Shown: positions 20,435 to 31,257, numbered from the stretch's first letter. The stretch: 64,000 bases of DNA from a bacterium (GCA_043803945.1 JAZDJN010000087.1:256001-320000); one strand, 5' to 3'. The notes: generated by a model not told the origin, from the sequence alone. Numbers and translations: made by a program.

Positions 20435-21741
20435 GAGTAGACAATCCCCGATGATGCACTCTGTTGTTGCGTCCGCTCCGCTGTTTTCTTTTCCCGGTAC
20501 CCGCTGCGGCGATAAACCTCAATGGGATCGATTGCACCGCCGCTATTTTGACGCGCCCTCTGAATAATCGGTGTCACATCTGTGGTAAAAGCCTGCTTCA
20601 ATGTTCTGAGCGCCATGATCGCATCGTTCTTTTGCTGATACTCGGCAAGTGCTGCTCTGTCTACCAACAGAGCTTGAGCATAGGCTCGCTGCAATTCTTC
20701 TGCACTATTCATTAATGATTCAATGGGATCGGTGACATTATGGCTTTGGTCGAGCATGTAGGATGGAACCGGGTTTTTCACCTTCTGGTCGAGTGCACCA
20801 CCAACAAGTTCATTAAAAACAAGAAAGAGTTGAAATGGTTTTATACTGCCGGCATCGAGATCGTCATCACCATATTTACTGTCGTTGAAATGAAATCCTC
20901 CCAGTTTACCAAACTGTAAAAGCCGTGCGACAATCATTTCAATATTGACATTCGGAGCATGGTGGCCAAGGTCGACAAGGCAGAGCGCCTTCGGGCCAAG
21001 CTGTGTGACGACATAATATGCTGTGCCCCAGTCGTTGATCACGGTCGAGTAGAAAGCCGGCTCGTATGGTTTATACTCAACGAAGAGTTTCCAGTCGTCT
21101 GGAATGTGTGCATAGATTTTTTCCATGCTTTCCATGTAACGATCGAGACTCTTGCGAAAATCTGCCTGGCCGGGAAAGTTCGTGCCGTCACCAATCCATA
21201 CCGTTAATGCTTTGGATCCAATCTGTTCTCCTATCTCAATGCATTCCAAGTTATGGAGCATCGCCTGGGTCCGCACGGCTGGGTCGGCATGGGTGAGGCT
21301 GCCGAATTTGTAACTGTGCTGCTGGTTGGATTGATCTTGAAACGTATTAGAGTTCATCGCATCGAACCCAATGCCGAGTGTGCGTGCAAACGCGGTAAGT
21401 TCCTTGGGATCCTGTGGTTTGTCCCATGGGATATGAAGTGAAACTCGCGGCGTGATTCGTGTCAATTGATGAATGGTAGCACAGTCAACCAGTTTATCAA
21501 AGACTGTACGCGGCTCGCCCCCGAGAGGAAACCGCGCGAACCGTGTTCCGCCTGTTCCTACACCCCACGATGGTACGGCCACTTCGAATGATTGAACCTG
21601 TTGGGTTATATGGTCTATTGAGAGCCCACGCCGCTGCAGTTGCTCGCCCAGTGCTTCAAAGTCCTTACCAAGCCGAGCTGCATGGAGAGCGTTCTGTGCT
21701 TCAAGAAGAGCCTTATCAATTAAATACCCTGTCTTGTTCAT
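20431..21741 (-). CDS. rhaI: L-rhamnose isomerase (RhaI type)
   Basis: VPSWGVGTGGTRFARF, LHIPWD, WIGDG, EYKPYEP, DLGHH, FHFNDSKYGDDDL, DQSHN; alternative start 21771. Confidence 0.88.
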   Translation of the reverse strand: MNKTGYLIDKALLEAQNALHAARLGKDFEALGEQLQRRGLSIDHITQQVQSFEVAVPSWGVGTGGTRFARFPLGGEPRTVFDKLVDCATIHQLTRITPRVSLHIPWDKPQDPKELTAFARTLGIGFDAMNSNTFQDQSNQQHSYKFGSLTHADPAVRTQAMLHNLECIEIGEQIGSKALTVWIGDGTNFPGQADFRKSLDRYMESMEKIYAHIPDDWKLFVEYKPYEPAFYSTVINDWGTAYYVVTQLGPKALCLVDLGHHAPNVNIEMIVARLLQFGKLGGFHFNDSKYGDDDLDAGSIKPFQLFLVFNELVGGALDQKVKNPVPSYMLDQSHNVTDPIESLMNSAEELQRAYAQALLVDRAALAEYQQKNDAIMALRTLKQAFTTDVTPIIQRARQNSGGAIDPIEVYRRSGYREKKTAERTQQQSASSGIVYS

Positions 21742-21767
21742 TGTTGATACCTTTCGATCACTACCCA

Positions 21768-23690
21768 TCAATGATGGGTTTGTTGTTCATATTGTGCTGC
21801 ACTGCGGATCTCTGATTTTTTTCCGAAATACCACATCGCTATTCCAAAGCCAATCATAACCGTTATCATAATACCGAGGATCGTTGACTCTTGCACGGAC
21901 AGTTCTGTGAAAAAGATCATCGACATCAGCAGGCCCATAACGATTGTTGTGCCTCCTACGAGGGGAAATGTGGAAATTTGTTTTTTGCCGGCGCCAAAGA
22001 CTTCTTTGGCAACATCGACCGGCGTATCGAGCTTCTTGAAAAATTCTTCAATAAGCTTTCGCTCTTCCTCGGACTCTAAGGCAAAGAGGCTCGCAAATCC
22101 GTAGAGGCTCGCTCCTAAAAGCACGGGGTTGAGATAGGTCAGGATGTGTTGTATGTCAGGCGCAAAATTAAATGGATTGCTGATAATCGTATTGGTGAAG
22201 AGGAACGCCGTTGCAAGGGTTACACAGATGCTTAGTGCACCCAGAAGAATCTTGTTAGTTTTATACAGCTTTCCAAGCCAATACGAACCGGCGAAAATGC
22301 CAAAACACATAATGAATGCCAGATAGACCTGCGGCCCGATATCCCAGCCGCATACATAGCGGGCAGTGAATCCAACGAGCAGGCCATAGGTGATAGAACC
22401 GACCGCACTCCATTTCGGTACGCGGCTGAACAGAAGCCCAAAGGCAAGAGGTACAACAACGGGAATATTCAAGAGTGTAAAGAACGCCTGCATCCAATTG
22501 AATATTCCGAATTCACTGTTGACAAAGATGACTGCCATCGTGGTGACAAACAACCCAAGAGCAATAGAGAATAATCTGCCGACTTTTAGCAATCCCTCGT
22601 CGGTGGTCTCCGGGCGAATCCATCCCTGATAGATATCGCGTGAAAGTATTGAGGAAACCATATTATAGACAGAACTAAGCGTGCTCATCGTGGCGGCAAG
22701 CATCGCTGCTAAAAAGACTCCTATGAGTCCGTTGGGAAGAAGTTTTAGACAGAGAGCGATGAACACAAGATCCTGGGGATTCTTTCCAACATATGGTTGG
22801 AAGAATTCGACTTGTGAGAGATCGGGCCAGATAATTTTGGCAACAAGCGGCGGCACGCCAAAGACGAAAGGAACTGTGAGAAAGAGCCCGCCCGCAAGTT
22901 TGCCCACCCGTTTCGCATCGCGTTCATCTTTCACACTGTAAAATCGCTGGGCAGCTCCGGCTGCCGTACCCAGGCACATGATAATGAAAATTGAAACGAG
23001 CCAGTGTTCTGTATAATGCACTCCATTGTAGGTATGATCGAACGAGAGTGCCGGGAGTTTTTCGATCAACGATCCAAGTCCTCCCACCAACCCCAACGAC
23101 AACGGCATGACAATAAATGTGATGCTAAGAAGAATCACTCCCTGAACAACATCGGTGATCGAGACGGCCCAGAGCCCTCCCATAAAGGTGTAGAGTAAAA
23201 TCACAACACCGGTCACCAGCGTCACCATGGTAATATCCAATCCCATGACAGGAGCAAGCATCTTACACGTTGCGGCAAGCTGAACACCGGCGGAGAGGAT
23301 AAAATTTGTAGCAATGACAATGCTTAGAAATTGCTGTGTGGTAAAGTTAAATCTGGTATTGGTGTATTCGACAGGAGAGATTGAACGGGTGCGCCTCCAC
23401 CGTGATGCTGTCAGTTGTGAACCGGTATAGTACGCAACCGACCATGTACCGAAATACATTATTGCAAACCATCCCGTGGTGTAGGCGAATCCCGCCGCTC
23501 CGGTAAACGTCCATGCGCTAAAGTTTGCCATGTAAAGCGTCATGCCCGAAACCCACCAGGGGATCATGCTGCCGCCGGCAAAATACTCTTTTCCTCCTTT
23601 GTTGATTTTCATGAAATATATTCCGATACCAAGCATAAAGAGGAAGTATGCTCCAAGCACAATAAAATCAAATATGTTTACCGCCTTCAT
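21768..23690 (-). CDS. Sodium:solute symporter (SSS) family transporter
   Basis: EYFAGG...PWW, GGLWAVSITDVVQ, AAMLAATMSTLSS; start reset to ATG 23690 after AAAGGAG. Confidence 0.9.
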   Translation of the reverse strand: MKAVNIFDFIVLGAYFLFMLGIGIYFMKINKGGKEYFAGGSMIPWWVSGMTLYMANFSAWTFTGAAGFAYTTGWFAIMYFGTWSVAYYTGSQLTASRWRRTRSISPVEYTNTRFNFTTQQFLSIVIATNFILSAGVQLAATCKMLAPVMGLDITMVTLVTGVVILLYTFMGGLWAVSITDVVQGVILLSITFIVMPLSLGLVGGLGSLIEKLPALSFDHTYNGVHYTEHWLVSIFIIMCLGTAAGAAQRFYSVKDERDAKRVGKLAGGLFLTVPFVFGVPPLVAKIIWPDLSQVEFFQPYVGKNPQDLVFIALCLKLLPNGLIGVFLAAMLAATMSTLSSVYNMVSSILSRDIYQGWIRPETTDEGLLKVGRLFSIALGLFVTTMAVIFVNSEFGIFNWMQAFFTLLNIPVVVPLAFGLLFSRVPKWSAVGSITYGLLVGFTARYVCGWDIGPQVYLAFIMCFGIFAGSYWLGKLYKTNKILLGALSICVTLATAFLFTNTIISNPFNFAPDIQHILTYLNPVLLGASLYGFASLFALESEEERKLIEEFFKKLDTPVDVAKEVFGAGKKQISTFPLVGGTTIVMGLLMSMIFFTELSVQESTILGIMITVMIGFGIAMWYFGKKSEIRSAAQYEQQTHH

Positions 23691-23727
23691 GATCACTCCT
23701 TTATTATTGAGAGCTGTAGGTTTACCA

Positions 23728-25677
23728 TTAAGGCCGTTCCGTCGGTTGCGATACACCTCGAATCTCAGACTTCTTCCCCAGATACCACAAGAAAGCTCCC
23801 AGCAGTACTAAGAACGCGATCATCAGCACCATGATTATTCTTTCCTGACCACTGATGTCGGTAAAGAACATTGTCGTCATGAGTCCACCGATAACAATCA
23901 TTGTTGCTCCAACTAAGGGAAATACCGAGATTTGCATTTTCCCCGCTCCAAACACTTCTTTTGCGACATCAACCGGGGTGTCGAGCTTTTTGAAGAGCTC
24001 GAATATCTTTTTTCTATCTTCTTCTGTGTCAAGTGTAAAGAGCTTTGCAAAACCGAACAGGCTGATACCAAAAGCGGCTGCACAGATCCAACCAAGAAGC
24101 TTAACCATTACTGCTCCTTCCATGCCAAACCAAGATGCGAAACCCTGTATCGCTGCCGGTACTTCGCCTACGATTGTGTTTGTAAACAACGCTCCCAATG
24201 CGACCGCAATAAAAAGGCCGATCGCGGCAAGGGCACCTTTACTGCTGACATAGAGTCGTCCTGTCCACAAGGATGTTGTATAAATGCTGAGGGATAACAC
24301 GATGGCAAGGTAAACCTGCGGACCGATATTCCATCCGAGAATATAGCGACCGGCCACTCCAGCCAGCAATCCCCAGGTGATCGATGCTACCGCAGACCAT
24401 TTGGGAACGCGGCGGTTTAAGAGTCCGAAACACAATGGAATATTCACCGGTACATTAAAAAGCGTAAAAAAGGCCTGCATCATATTGAAAATGCCAAACT
24501 TGCTGTTGATAAAGAGAACGGCGAGGCCTGTTACTATCAATCCCAGCGAGATGGAGGAGATCTTTCCGATTTTCAAGAGTTCTTCATCTGTTGTTTTCGG
24601 ACGGAAGACACCTTGCACCATATCGCGAGCGACAATGGAGGAGACCATATTATAGACATAGCTGAGCGTGCTCATCGTTGCAGCGAGCATGGCTGCAATG
24701 AACATTCCGATTAATCCGTTCGGCAGCAGTTTCACACAAAGTCCCAGGTAAACAAGGTCCTGCGGATTGCTTGCAAGATAGGGCTGGAAGAAATCTACTT
24801 TCGAAAGATCGGGCCAGATGACGCGAGCTACAAGCGGCGGAATACCAAACATTAACGGGCCCGCAAGCCCAAGCACAGCGGCAAAAAAACCAACTTTAAG
24901 TGCAGATTTCTCGTCTTTGACCGAATAGAACCGTTGACCTGAACCTGCCGCAAATCCGATTGTGGAAATGACGAGGATGGAGAGCAGCCAGTGTTCATCG
25001 TAATAGACCCCGTTATAGGTGTGTTCAAACGTGAGAGGGGAGAGGGATTCAAATAATTTTCCAAATCCTCCCACAAGCATAACGCTGAGCGGCATAACGA
25101 TGAACGTTGTCGCAAGAAGAATTACTCCTTGAACAACATCTGTAACGGATACAGCCCAAATGCCGCCAAGAAATGTGTAGGCAAGGATGACCCCTCCTGT
25201 TACAAGGGTCATTGTCGTTACATCAAGATTGAGAATGGGCGCCAAGAGTTTCGATGTCGCAGCAAGTTGGACACCGGCAGAAAGGGTGAAGTTGACGGCA
25301 ATAATCCACCCCAGTAGTTGTTGTGTGGTAACGTTATACCGCGTATGTGTATATTCAACCGGTGAAATTGAGCGTGATCTTCTCCAGAGCTTAGCGGTCA
25401 GCAGTGTACCAAAGAAATAGGCAATTGAACCGAGCGAGAACCATATCAACATAAAAGGCCCTGTGCTGTACGTGAATCCCGCCGCACCAGAGAATGTCCA
25501 GGCCGTAAAGTTTGCCATGTAAAGCGTCATACCCGATGCCCACCAGGGTATCATGTTACCGCCGGCGAAATATTCTTTCGCTCCTTTGTTGAACCGCATG
25601 AAGTACAGGCCAATGCCCAGCATGAAAAGAAAATAGGATCCAACCACAACATAGTCGAAGATGTTCACCGATTTCAT
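23728..25677 (-). CDS. Sodium:solute symporter (SSS) family transporter, tandem paralog
   Basis: Same motifs; co-linear with the downstream paralog along its whole length. Confidence 0.9.
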   Translation of the reverse strand: MKSVNIFDYVVVGSYFLFMLGIGLYFMRFNKGAKEYFAGGNMIPWWASGMTLYMANFTAWTFSGAAGFTYSTGPFMLIWFSLGSIAYFFGTLLTAKLWRRSRSISPVEYTHTRYNVTTQQLLGWIIAVNFTLSAGVQLAATSKLLAPILNLDVTTMTLVTGGVILAYTFLGGIWAVSVTDVVQGVILLATTFIVMPLSVMLVGGFGKLFESLSPLTFEHTYNGVYYDEHWLLSILVISTIGFAAGSGQRFYSVKDEKSALKVGFFAAVLGLAGPLMFGIPPLVARVIWPDLSKVDFFQPYLASNPQDLVYLGLCVKLLPNGLIGMFIAAMLAATMSTLSYVYNMVSSIVARDMVQGVFRPKTTDEELLKIGKISSISLGLIVTGLAVLFINSKFGIFNMMQAFFTLFNVPVNIPLCFGLLNRRVPKWSAVASITWGLLAGVAGRYILGWNIGPQVYLAIVLSLSIYTTSLWTGRLYVSSKGALAAIGLFIAVALGALFTNTIVGEVPAAIQGFASWFGMEGAVMVKLLGWICAAAFGISLFGFAKLFTLDTEEDRKKIFELFKKLDTPVDVAKEVFGAGKMQISVFPLVGATMIVIGGLMTTMFFTDISGQERIIMVLMIAFLVLLGAFLWYLGKKSEIRGVSQPTERP

Positions 25678-25840
25678 CCGCTCTGTCCTTTATCAGCTTC
25701 TGATTTATTCGTAGTGTTCTCGTTAGTAGAAGAAAAATCACTGCCGCAAGTTCGCCAGGTGTAGAAAGACGGTTAACCAAATTCTTTGACCCCCTCTTTA
25801 ATTATGAGGGTGACTAAAAAGAAAAAATAACCCTAACCCA

Positions 25841-25931
25841 AAGGCGTCCCCGCCTGCTCATTAAGAATCATTCAGGGTGGGCAGGTCGCCGAGAGAAAGA
25901 GTGAAATTATTATGCTCGGCGGAGACGCCTT
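25841..25931. repeat. REP-like inverted repeat interrupted by a GC-rich hairpin element
   Basis: aaggcgtcc[...]tcgccgag pairs with ctcggcggagacgcctt; the left arm is split by ccgcctgctcattaagaatcattcagggtgggcagg. Confidence 0.6.
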
Positions 25932-25959
25932 CGCACTAGAAAATACTTTTAGCTCAATC

Positions 25960-27456
25960 CTAGTTTCCGATCGCGGCAAGATGCATAATTGCCTCCTGGC
26001 TTGCCTCGCTGCGATTCAATTCACCTGCTATGTGCCCATCTCGCATCACATAGATCCGATCGGCAAGTGTTAACACTTCTGGTAATTCCGATGAGACCAG
26101 GAGGATTGAGATTCCGTTCTCTGCCAGTTCAAAAATCAGGCGATGGATCTCTGCCTTGGCTCCGACATCAATACCGCGTGTCGGTTCATCCAAAATCAGC
26201 AACTGCGGTTTTAACCAGAGCCATTTTGCCAGCACCACCTTTTGTTGATTTCCACCGCTCAATGTTGCCGCTTCGATATCAATTGATTCTGCCTTAATGG
26301 CAAGCTGACTCAATCCCTCCCGTGCAAGCGATGCCTCGGTGGATTTGTTAATAAAGCCAGCTTTTGAGATCTGTTTCAATCCCGCCAGTGAGATATTATG
26401 TTTGATTGAGTAAGCAAGAATCAATCCCTCTCCTTTTCGATCTTCGGGAACAAATCCAATACTCTGTGAAATCGCATGCTCGGGATTGTGTATCGTCACC
26501 TGCCTGCCGTTAAGAAAGAGCTCTCCGTTATCAATGCGATTCAACCCGAAGACGCCTTTGGCTACTTCACTTCTGCCCGAACCAACCAATCCTGCAAGGG
26601 CAACAATCTCTCCTTTCCTAACGGTCAGCGAAATAGTGCTGACCGGGATCGGAGCATTTTTCATTGATACATTCTTCAATTCCAGGCGAACGTCGGATAA
26701 GATGTTCTCTCTCGCTCCGACAGCGCTATCGGTGAGCGCCCTCCCAACCATCATGCTGATGAGATCCCTCTCGCTGATACCGGCCACCTCAGCCGTACCT
26801 GTGTAACGGCCATCGCGCAGCACGGTGACACGATGGCATAATTCATAAATTTCTTTCAACCGGTGCGAGACATAGATAATTGTCAATCCTCCGGCGTTTA
26901 ATTTTTTCAGCAGAGAAAAGAGAACGGTTGTTTCGTGTTCGGTAATTGATGCCGTTGGTTCATCGAGGATGAGGATTTTCGTAGAGAAGGCAAGCGCCCT
27001 TGCAATCTGCACTAGCTGTACCTGAGCCGGTGCGAGATCTATAAGCAGCGTTGTCGGTTTAATGTTCAATTCGAGGTTTGCTAGAATCTCTTCTGCGCGT
27101 TGATTGAGCCATCCGGAGTCGACGAACCCCAGCCGATTTGTCTTTTCATGGCCGAGAAAGATGTTTTCCGCAACCGACATGTGCGGCACCAGGTTCGGCT
27201 CCTGATAGACCGTGCTGATTCCCTCACGCTGTGCTTCAACGGGACTCAGCAGTTCTTTCACCGCTCCATAGAGTGTAATCGTGCCCGCATCTTTCCAAAT
27301 CACGCCGGAGAGAATTCTCATCAACGTCGACTTGCCGGCACCATTCTCGCCAAGCACGGCATGCACCTCGCCTTGCTTAATGCTGAAGCTTACCTGATCG
27401 AGAGCGATCGTTCCACCAAACCGTTTAGAAATATTTTGAAGCTCTATACTGTTCAT
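25960..27456 (-). CDS. Sugar ABC transporter ATP-binding protein (RbsA/MglA-type, two NBDs)
   Basis: GENGAGKST, LDEPT, PEDRKGEG, LSGGNQQKV, DEPTRGIDVGAK; start reset to 27456 (ATGA overlap with the kinase stop). Confidence 0.92.
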   Translation of the reverse strand: MNSIELQNISKRFGGTIALDQVSFSIKQGEVHAVLGENGAGKSTLMRILSGVIWKDAGTITLYGAVKELLSPVEAQREGISTVYQEPNLVPHMSVAENIFLGHEKTNRLGFVDSGWLNQRAEEILANLELNIKPTTLLIDLAPAQVQLVQIARALAFSTKILILDEPTASITEHETTVLFSLLKKLNAGGLTIIYVSHRLKEIYELCHRVTVLRDGRYTGTAEVAGISERDLISMMVGRALTDSAVGARENILSDVRLELKNVSMKNAPIPVSTISLTVRKGEIVALAGLVGSGRSEVAKGVFGLNRIDNGELFLNGRQVTIHNPEHAISQSIGFVPEDRKGEGLILAYSIKHNISLAGLKQISKAGFINKSTEASLAREGLSQLAIKAESIDIEAATLSGGNQQKVVLAKWLWLKPQLLILDEPTRGIDVGAKAEIHRLIFELAENGISILLVSSELPEVLTLADRIYVMRDGHIAGELNRSEASQEAIMHLAAIGN

Positions 27457-28943
27457 TTGGTTGACAATACCGAATTTAATATTTCCAGCCATTGCCGGTA
27501 AGCTTCTACATATGGCTCTCTTTCTTTCTCTGGCTCAATGGTCCCAATGTGTTCCAGTCCATTATAAGCATCCTCAGTCGATGAAACCAATCCAGCACCC
27601 ACCGCCGCAGCACGTGCTGCTCCCTGCGATCCATCCGTATTATAGAGCTCAATGCTTATGCCCGAGACGGAGGCAAGCGTCGAGCAAAAAACGGGACTGA
27701 GAAACATGTTCGCTTTTCCCACCCGCATCACCTGCGGTTTGATCTCCATAGATTCCATGATGCCGATACCATAGTGAAAAGAAAAGGCGACGCCTTCCTG
27801 AACGGCGCGGAGAACATCTTCCTTTGAATGAAGATTGAAATTAAGCTGTGTAAGGCGTGCACCGAGATCATTATCGCGGAACATGCGTTCGGCGCCATTG
27901 CCAAAAGGCAGCACGACAAGACCTTTCGCTCCGATTGGAGAAGCGCCGGCAAGCTCGTTCATTGCGGGATAACTGAGTGTTGAATCGGAAACCAGTTTCC
28001 GTATCCAACTGTTAGAAATCCCTGTCCCGTTAATACACAACAGTACTCCGATGTGGGGTGCCTTTTCTGTATGGTTAACATGAGCAAATGCATTCACCCT
28101 CGATTGCGGATCGCACTTCAACGAACCGCTGACAGCATAGACCACACCCGATGTTCCGGCTGTGGCGGCAATCTCCCCCGGTTCAAGTACACGTAACGAG
28201 AAGGCGTTATTCGGTTGATCGCCTGCACGATACGAAACAGGTATACCGATAGGTAATCCCAGCTCTTGCGCCATCGCTTCACGCAATTGTCCCTGTACTC
28301 CGATTGATGGCACAAGGTTCGCCAGAAGATCTTGCGGAATCTGGTAATACTTCAGCAGTTCCTCCGCAACGGCATGGCGCGGAAAATTCCAGAACATTCC
28401 TTCTGAAAGGCCCGATATCGTTGTGGTGCACTCGCCGGTCAAACGCAGCGCGATATAATCGCCGGGAAGAAGAATCTTATATATTTGTTCGAAGATCTTC
28501 GGCTCATGTTCTTTCACCCACCGCAATTTCGAAGCGGTGAAATTTCCAGGAGAATTCAGAAGCTGGTACAAACATTCTGTCTCCCCAATTTCCTGAAACG
28601 CCCGGCGTCCTATTTCTGCCGCACGGCTGTCGCACCAGATAATCGAGGGGCGTAACGGTTTACCGTTGGTATCCACCAACACCAGCCCATGCATCTGATA
28701 GGAAATGCCGATGGCTTTAACCTTTAGAAGCGCGTCAGGAGCCTGTGAGCCCAGAAGGCGTGTCACCGCTTTCACAGCCTGCCACCAATCATCGGGATGC
28801 TGTTCTGCCCAGCCCCGTGCCGGAGAATGGATCGTCATTTCCCTTTCCGGATAGCTTGCATAGGCAAGAACTGTTCCGTGTTCGAGATCAACAATCGATC
28901 CTTTCACAAACGAACTGCCAACATCATAACCGAGTGCAATCAT
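27453..28943 (-). CDS. xylB: FGGY carbohydrate kinase, xylulokinase-like
   Basis: LGYDVGSS, ISYQMHGLV, IIWCDSRA, NSPGNFTASKL, AGDQPNNA, LPFGNGAERM. Confidence 0.8.
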   Translation of the reverse strand: MIALGYDVGSSFVKGSIVDLEHGTVLAYASYPEREMTIHSPARGWAEQHPDDWWQAVKAVTRLLGSQAPDALLKVKAIGISYQMHGLVLVDTNGKPLRPSIIWCDSRAAEIGRRAFQEIGETECLYQLLNSPGNFTASKLRWVKEHEPKIFEQIYKILLPGDYIALRLTGECTTTISGLSEGMFWNFPRHAVAEELLKYYQIPQDLLANLVPSIGVQGQLREAMAQELGLPIGIPVSYRAGDQPNNAFSLRVLEPGEIAATAGTSGVVYAVSGSLKCDPQSRVNAFAHVNHTEKAPHIGVLLCINGTGISNSWIRKLVSDSTLSYPAMNELAGASPIGAKGLVVLPFGNGAERMFRDNDLGARLTQLNFNLHSKEDVLRAVQEGVAFSFHYGIGIMESMEIKPQVMRVGKANMFLSPVFCSTLASVSGISIELYNTDGSQGAARAAAVGAGLVSSTEDAYNGLEHIGTIEPEKEREPYVEAYRQWLEILNSVLSTK

Positions 28944-28965
28944 TTCACTGTCTTCCAAACATTAT

Positions 28966-31248
28966 TTATACTGTGAGAGAGAGCTCAATGTTGATCTTGC
29001 GTTGCTGAGAATATTGGATTTTCAGAATCCCATTCTTGAATTCAACTTCTTTACCATTCACCAAAGCAAGATTCTTTTCAGTTGTACGGCGAAGGAGAAT
29101 ATGCAGCTTTGATGTTCTTACCGTCAGTTGAGCGGAGATTTCATTCAATCCTGCCAGCATATGCGGTTGAATCATGATGTGATCGGTCTGCGGCTGCAGT
29201 CCGATGACATCACGCACCGCAAGCGCCAGAATCTCATACCATGTCCAGCCTACAACATTCACGGGAGGCATGGGAGGTGTAATGCTCTGGCCATAGCGCT
29301 CAAACCAGCCGCCGGATTTTCCTCCATGTATTGATGCAAGCCACTGAAGCACGCGCCAGACTTTTTCATCATCCCCCGCCCTTGCATACGCCCGCGCAAC
29401 GAGCATGGAAGCCAGCGGCCATGGAGCCGGCGGGTTGTCTTCACTGGTACTATTATAACGGGGATACCCTCCCCCTTCCCATCGATGATTCCATAACTGC
29501 TCTACCCAACGGAGAGTGTTCTGTGCAAGATCGCCTTTGGGATCAATAAAGTCATAGATAATTGGATAGATTTCAATAACATCCGGTTCTGCCGAGGGTC
29601 GTCCTTCAACTGCGAGCGGAGAATTGGCAGGCATGCGCTTCCGATCGGGAGGGATGAAGTATTGCTGCCACTCACCTGTTGCTTTCCGCCGCTTGATGAG
29701 ATGACCATCCTCAACCAGTTTGAAACGAGGATTTTTCAACATCGATTCTTTTGTTTCTGCAGACGCGCGACGCCATCGTTTAGCCTCTTCTATTTTTCCA
29801 AGCGCCTGTGCAACCTCCGCCGCCTTCTCCAGCCCGAACGAGACCCAGAATTGATACGCCATTTCATATCCTTCTTCCACACCATGGGGGTCGCTTCGCT
29901 CCCAGAACTCCCGTTTGTTTTTTACCATTTTTGTTGCCGGATCGCGGAAGACTTCGAGCAGGGGAAAATCAGCGCAGCGCTTGATGCTGCTCCAGTGCTT
30001 TCTCACAAGCTCTTCATCGCCGGTATAGCAATAGTAGACCCACAGTGCGTAGAGCAGCATGCCGTTCTGATTCAACTCGGTGTATTCATAGCCGAACCAG
30101 CGGCTGGATTCTATGGTGCGTCCATCGGGACCGATTGCACTTTGCAGGTTGCGTTCAAGCATCGTGCGGGCTTGTTCTTTCATACCGCAATGGAGCAGCG
30201 CCTCGATAGCGAGTGCCTGATCGGAAACCCATTCCATGTTGTACATCCACCAGCCGGCATCCATCTTTCCGCTCTGGGCCACGACGCCGTACATACTTGC
30301 CTTCGAAATATTCAGCAGAGAATCCAGCAGCTTGTGGTGTGTGCTGATAACGTTTTTTCCCGACCAGTACGCCGCTGTCTTTTTCCAGATTACTTTGAAC
30401 GAGGTTTTCTTGAGCAGTCGTTCTTCACCATGAAGTGCATAGACATAGACCGCCTGTTTTGCCTCTCCTGCATTCAGCAAACCAAGATTGACCTGGACAT
30501 TATAGCGGCCTGCAACGGAAACCTCTTCTGCAAGAGCAGAGAGTGTTATTCTCTCCACACCAATAGCGTGTGCCGTTTTTTCTTTTTCCTGAACGGCAAT
30601 TTCATCAAAGAGTCCGAAGTTGGCATAGAGGGAAAGTCCCAGCCCAACACTGAGCCTCTTCGAAGCCGGATTCTTGACCGTGACACGGCGAAAGAGCAGT
30701 GCGCCTGTATGCGGAGAGAAGAATTCCTCCTCAATTTCACATTCGCCGGCTGTCCAGCGAAGCGATACAACCGGCACGTTCTTGGGATATTTCCACTCAA
30801 TGGATTTGAAATTTTCCCTTGTCAGCGCATAGCCCTTTACACCGGTGAACATTCCCGATTTTGCATCCGGCCCTGACTGTTCTTCGTTGATTGTAATACC
30901 CAACTTCGTATTGGTGAAGCCGCGTTCCGGGTGATAGAGAAAGGTGCTCCACTTCCGGCAAAAGCGTTCCGGGTTCATGATCGTAAGGCCGAAATACGAC
31001 GACTCAGGATCTTTCGGCGAGAATTGGACGACACCCTGGATGCGGCCATTACCAATCAGAAAATACTCGACACCTGGAATGAACGTGATAAAGTCGGGGT
31101 GCATGCGCTGCTGAACCTCGGCTTGCGGAGCTTGACCTTGTTGGGCATTATGCAATGGTTGTGCTGTTGTTGATTCTTGAGCCAGACCGACACTGCTGCC
31201 CAGTGCAAGGCCATACGCTGGTGCTTTAAGAAAATCTCTTCGTCTCAT
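28966..31248 (-). CDS. Tat-exported six-hairpin glycosidase (GH15-like), paralog of 13110..15299
   Basis: RRRDFLK Tat motif; MYNMEWVSD, ELNQNG, REFWER, GYPRY, PAPWPL. Confidence 0.65.
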   Translation of the reverse strand: MRRRDFLKAPAYGLALGSSVGLAQESTTAQPLHNAQQGQAPQAEVQQRMHPDFITFIPGVEYFLIGNGRIQGVVQFSPKDPESSYFGLTIMNPERFCRKWSTFLYHPERGFTNTKLGITINEEQSGPDAKSGMFTGVKGYALTRENFKSIEWKYPKNVPVVSLRWTAGECEIEEEFFSPHTGALLFRRVTVKNPASKRLSVGLGLSLYANFGLFDEIAVQEKEKTAHAIGVERITLSALAEEVSVAGRYNVQVNLGLLNAGEAKQAVYVYALHGEERLLKKTSFKVIWKKTAAYWSGKNVISTHHKLLDSLLNISKASMYGVVAQSGKMDAGWWMYNMEWVSDQALAIEALLHCGMKEQARTMLERNLQSAIGPDGRTIESSRWFGYEYTELNQNGMLLYALWVYYCYTGDEELVRKHWSSIKRCADFPLLEVFRDPATKMVKNKREFWERSDPHGVEEGYEMAYQFWVSFGLEKAAEVAQALGKIEEAKRWRRASAETKESMLKNPRFKLVEDGHLIKRRKATGEWQQYFIPPDRKRMPANSPLAVEGRPSAEPDVIEIYPIIYDFIDPKGDLAQNTLRWVEQLWNHRWEGGGYPRYNSTSEDNPPAPWPLASMLVARAYARAGDDEKVWRVLQWLASIHGGKSGGWFERYGQSITPPMPPVNVVGWTWYEILALAVRDVIGLQPQTDHIMIQPHMLAGLNEISAQLTVRTSKLHILLRRTTEKNLALVNGKEVEFKNGILKIQYSQQRKINIELSLTV

Positions 31249-31257
31249 GAATTATTC

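Noticed and set aside
29662-30876. 404-aa plus-strand ORF and other antisense ORFs (e.g. 7786..8664, 40716..41309, 49193..49789)
   Set aside because: Shadows of well-supported genes on the opposite strand, with no motifs.
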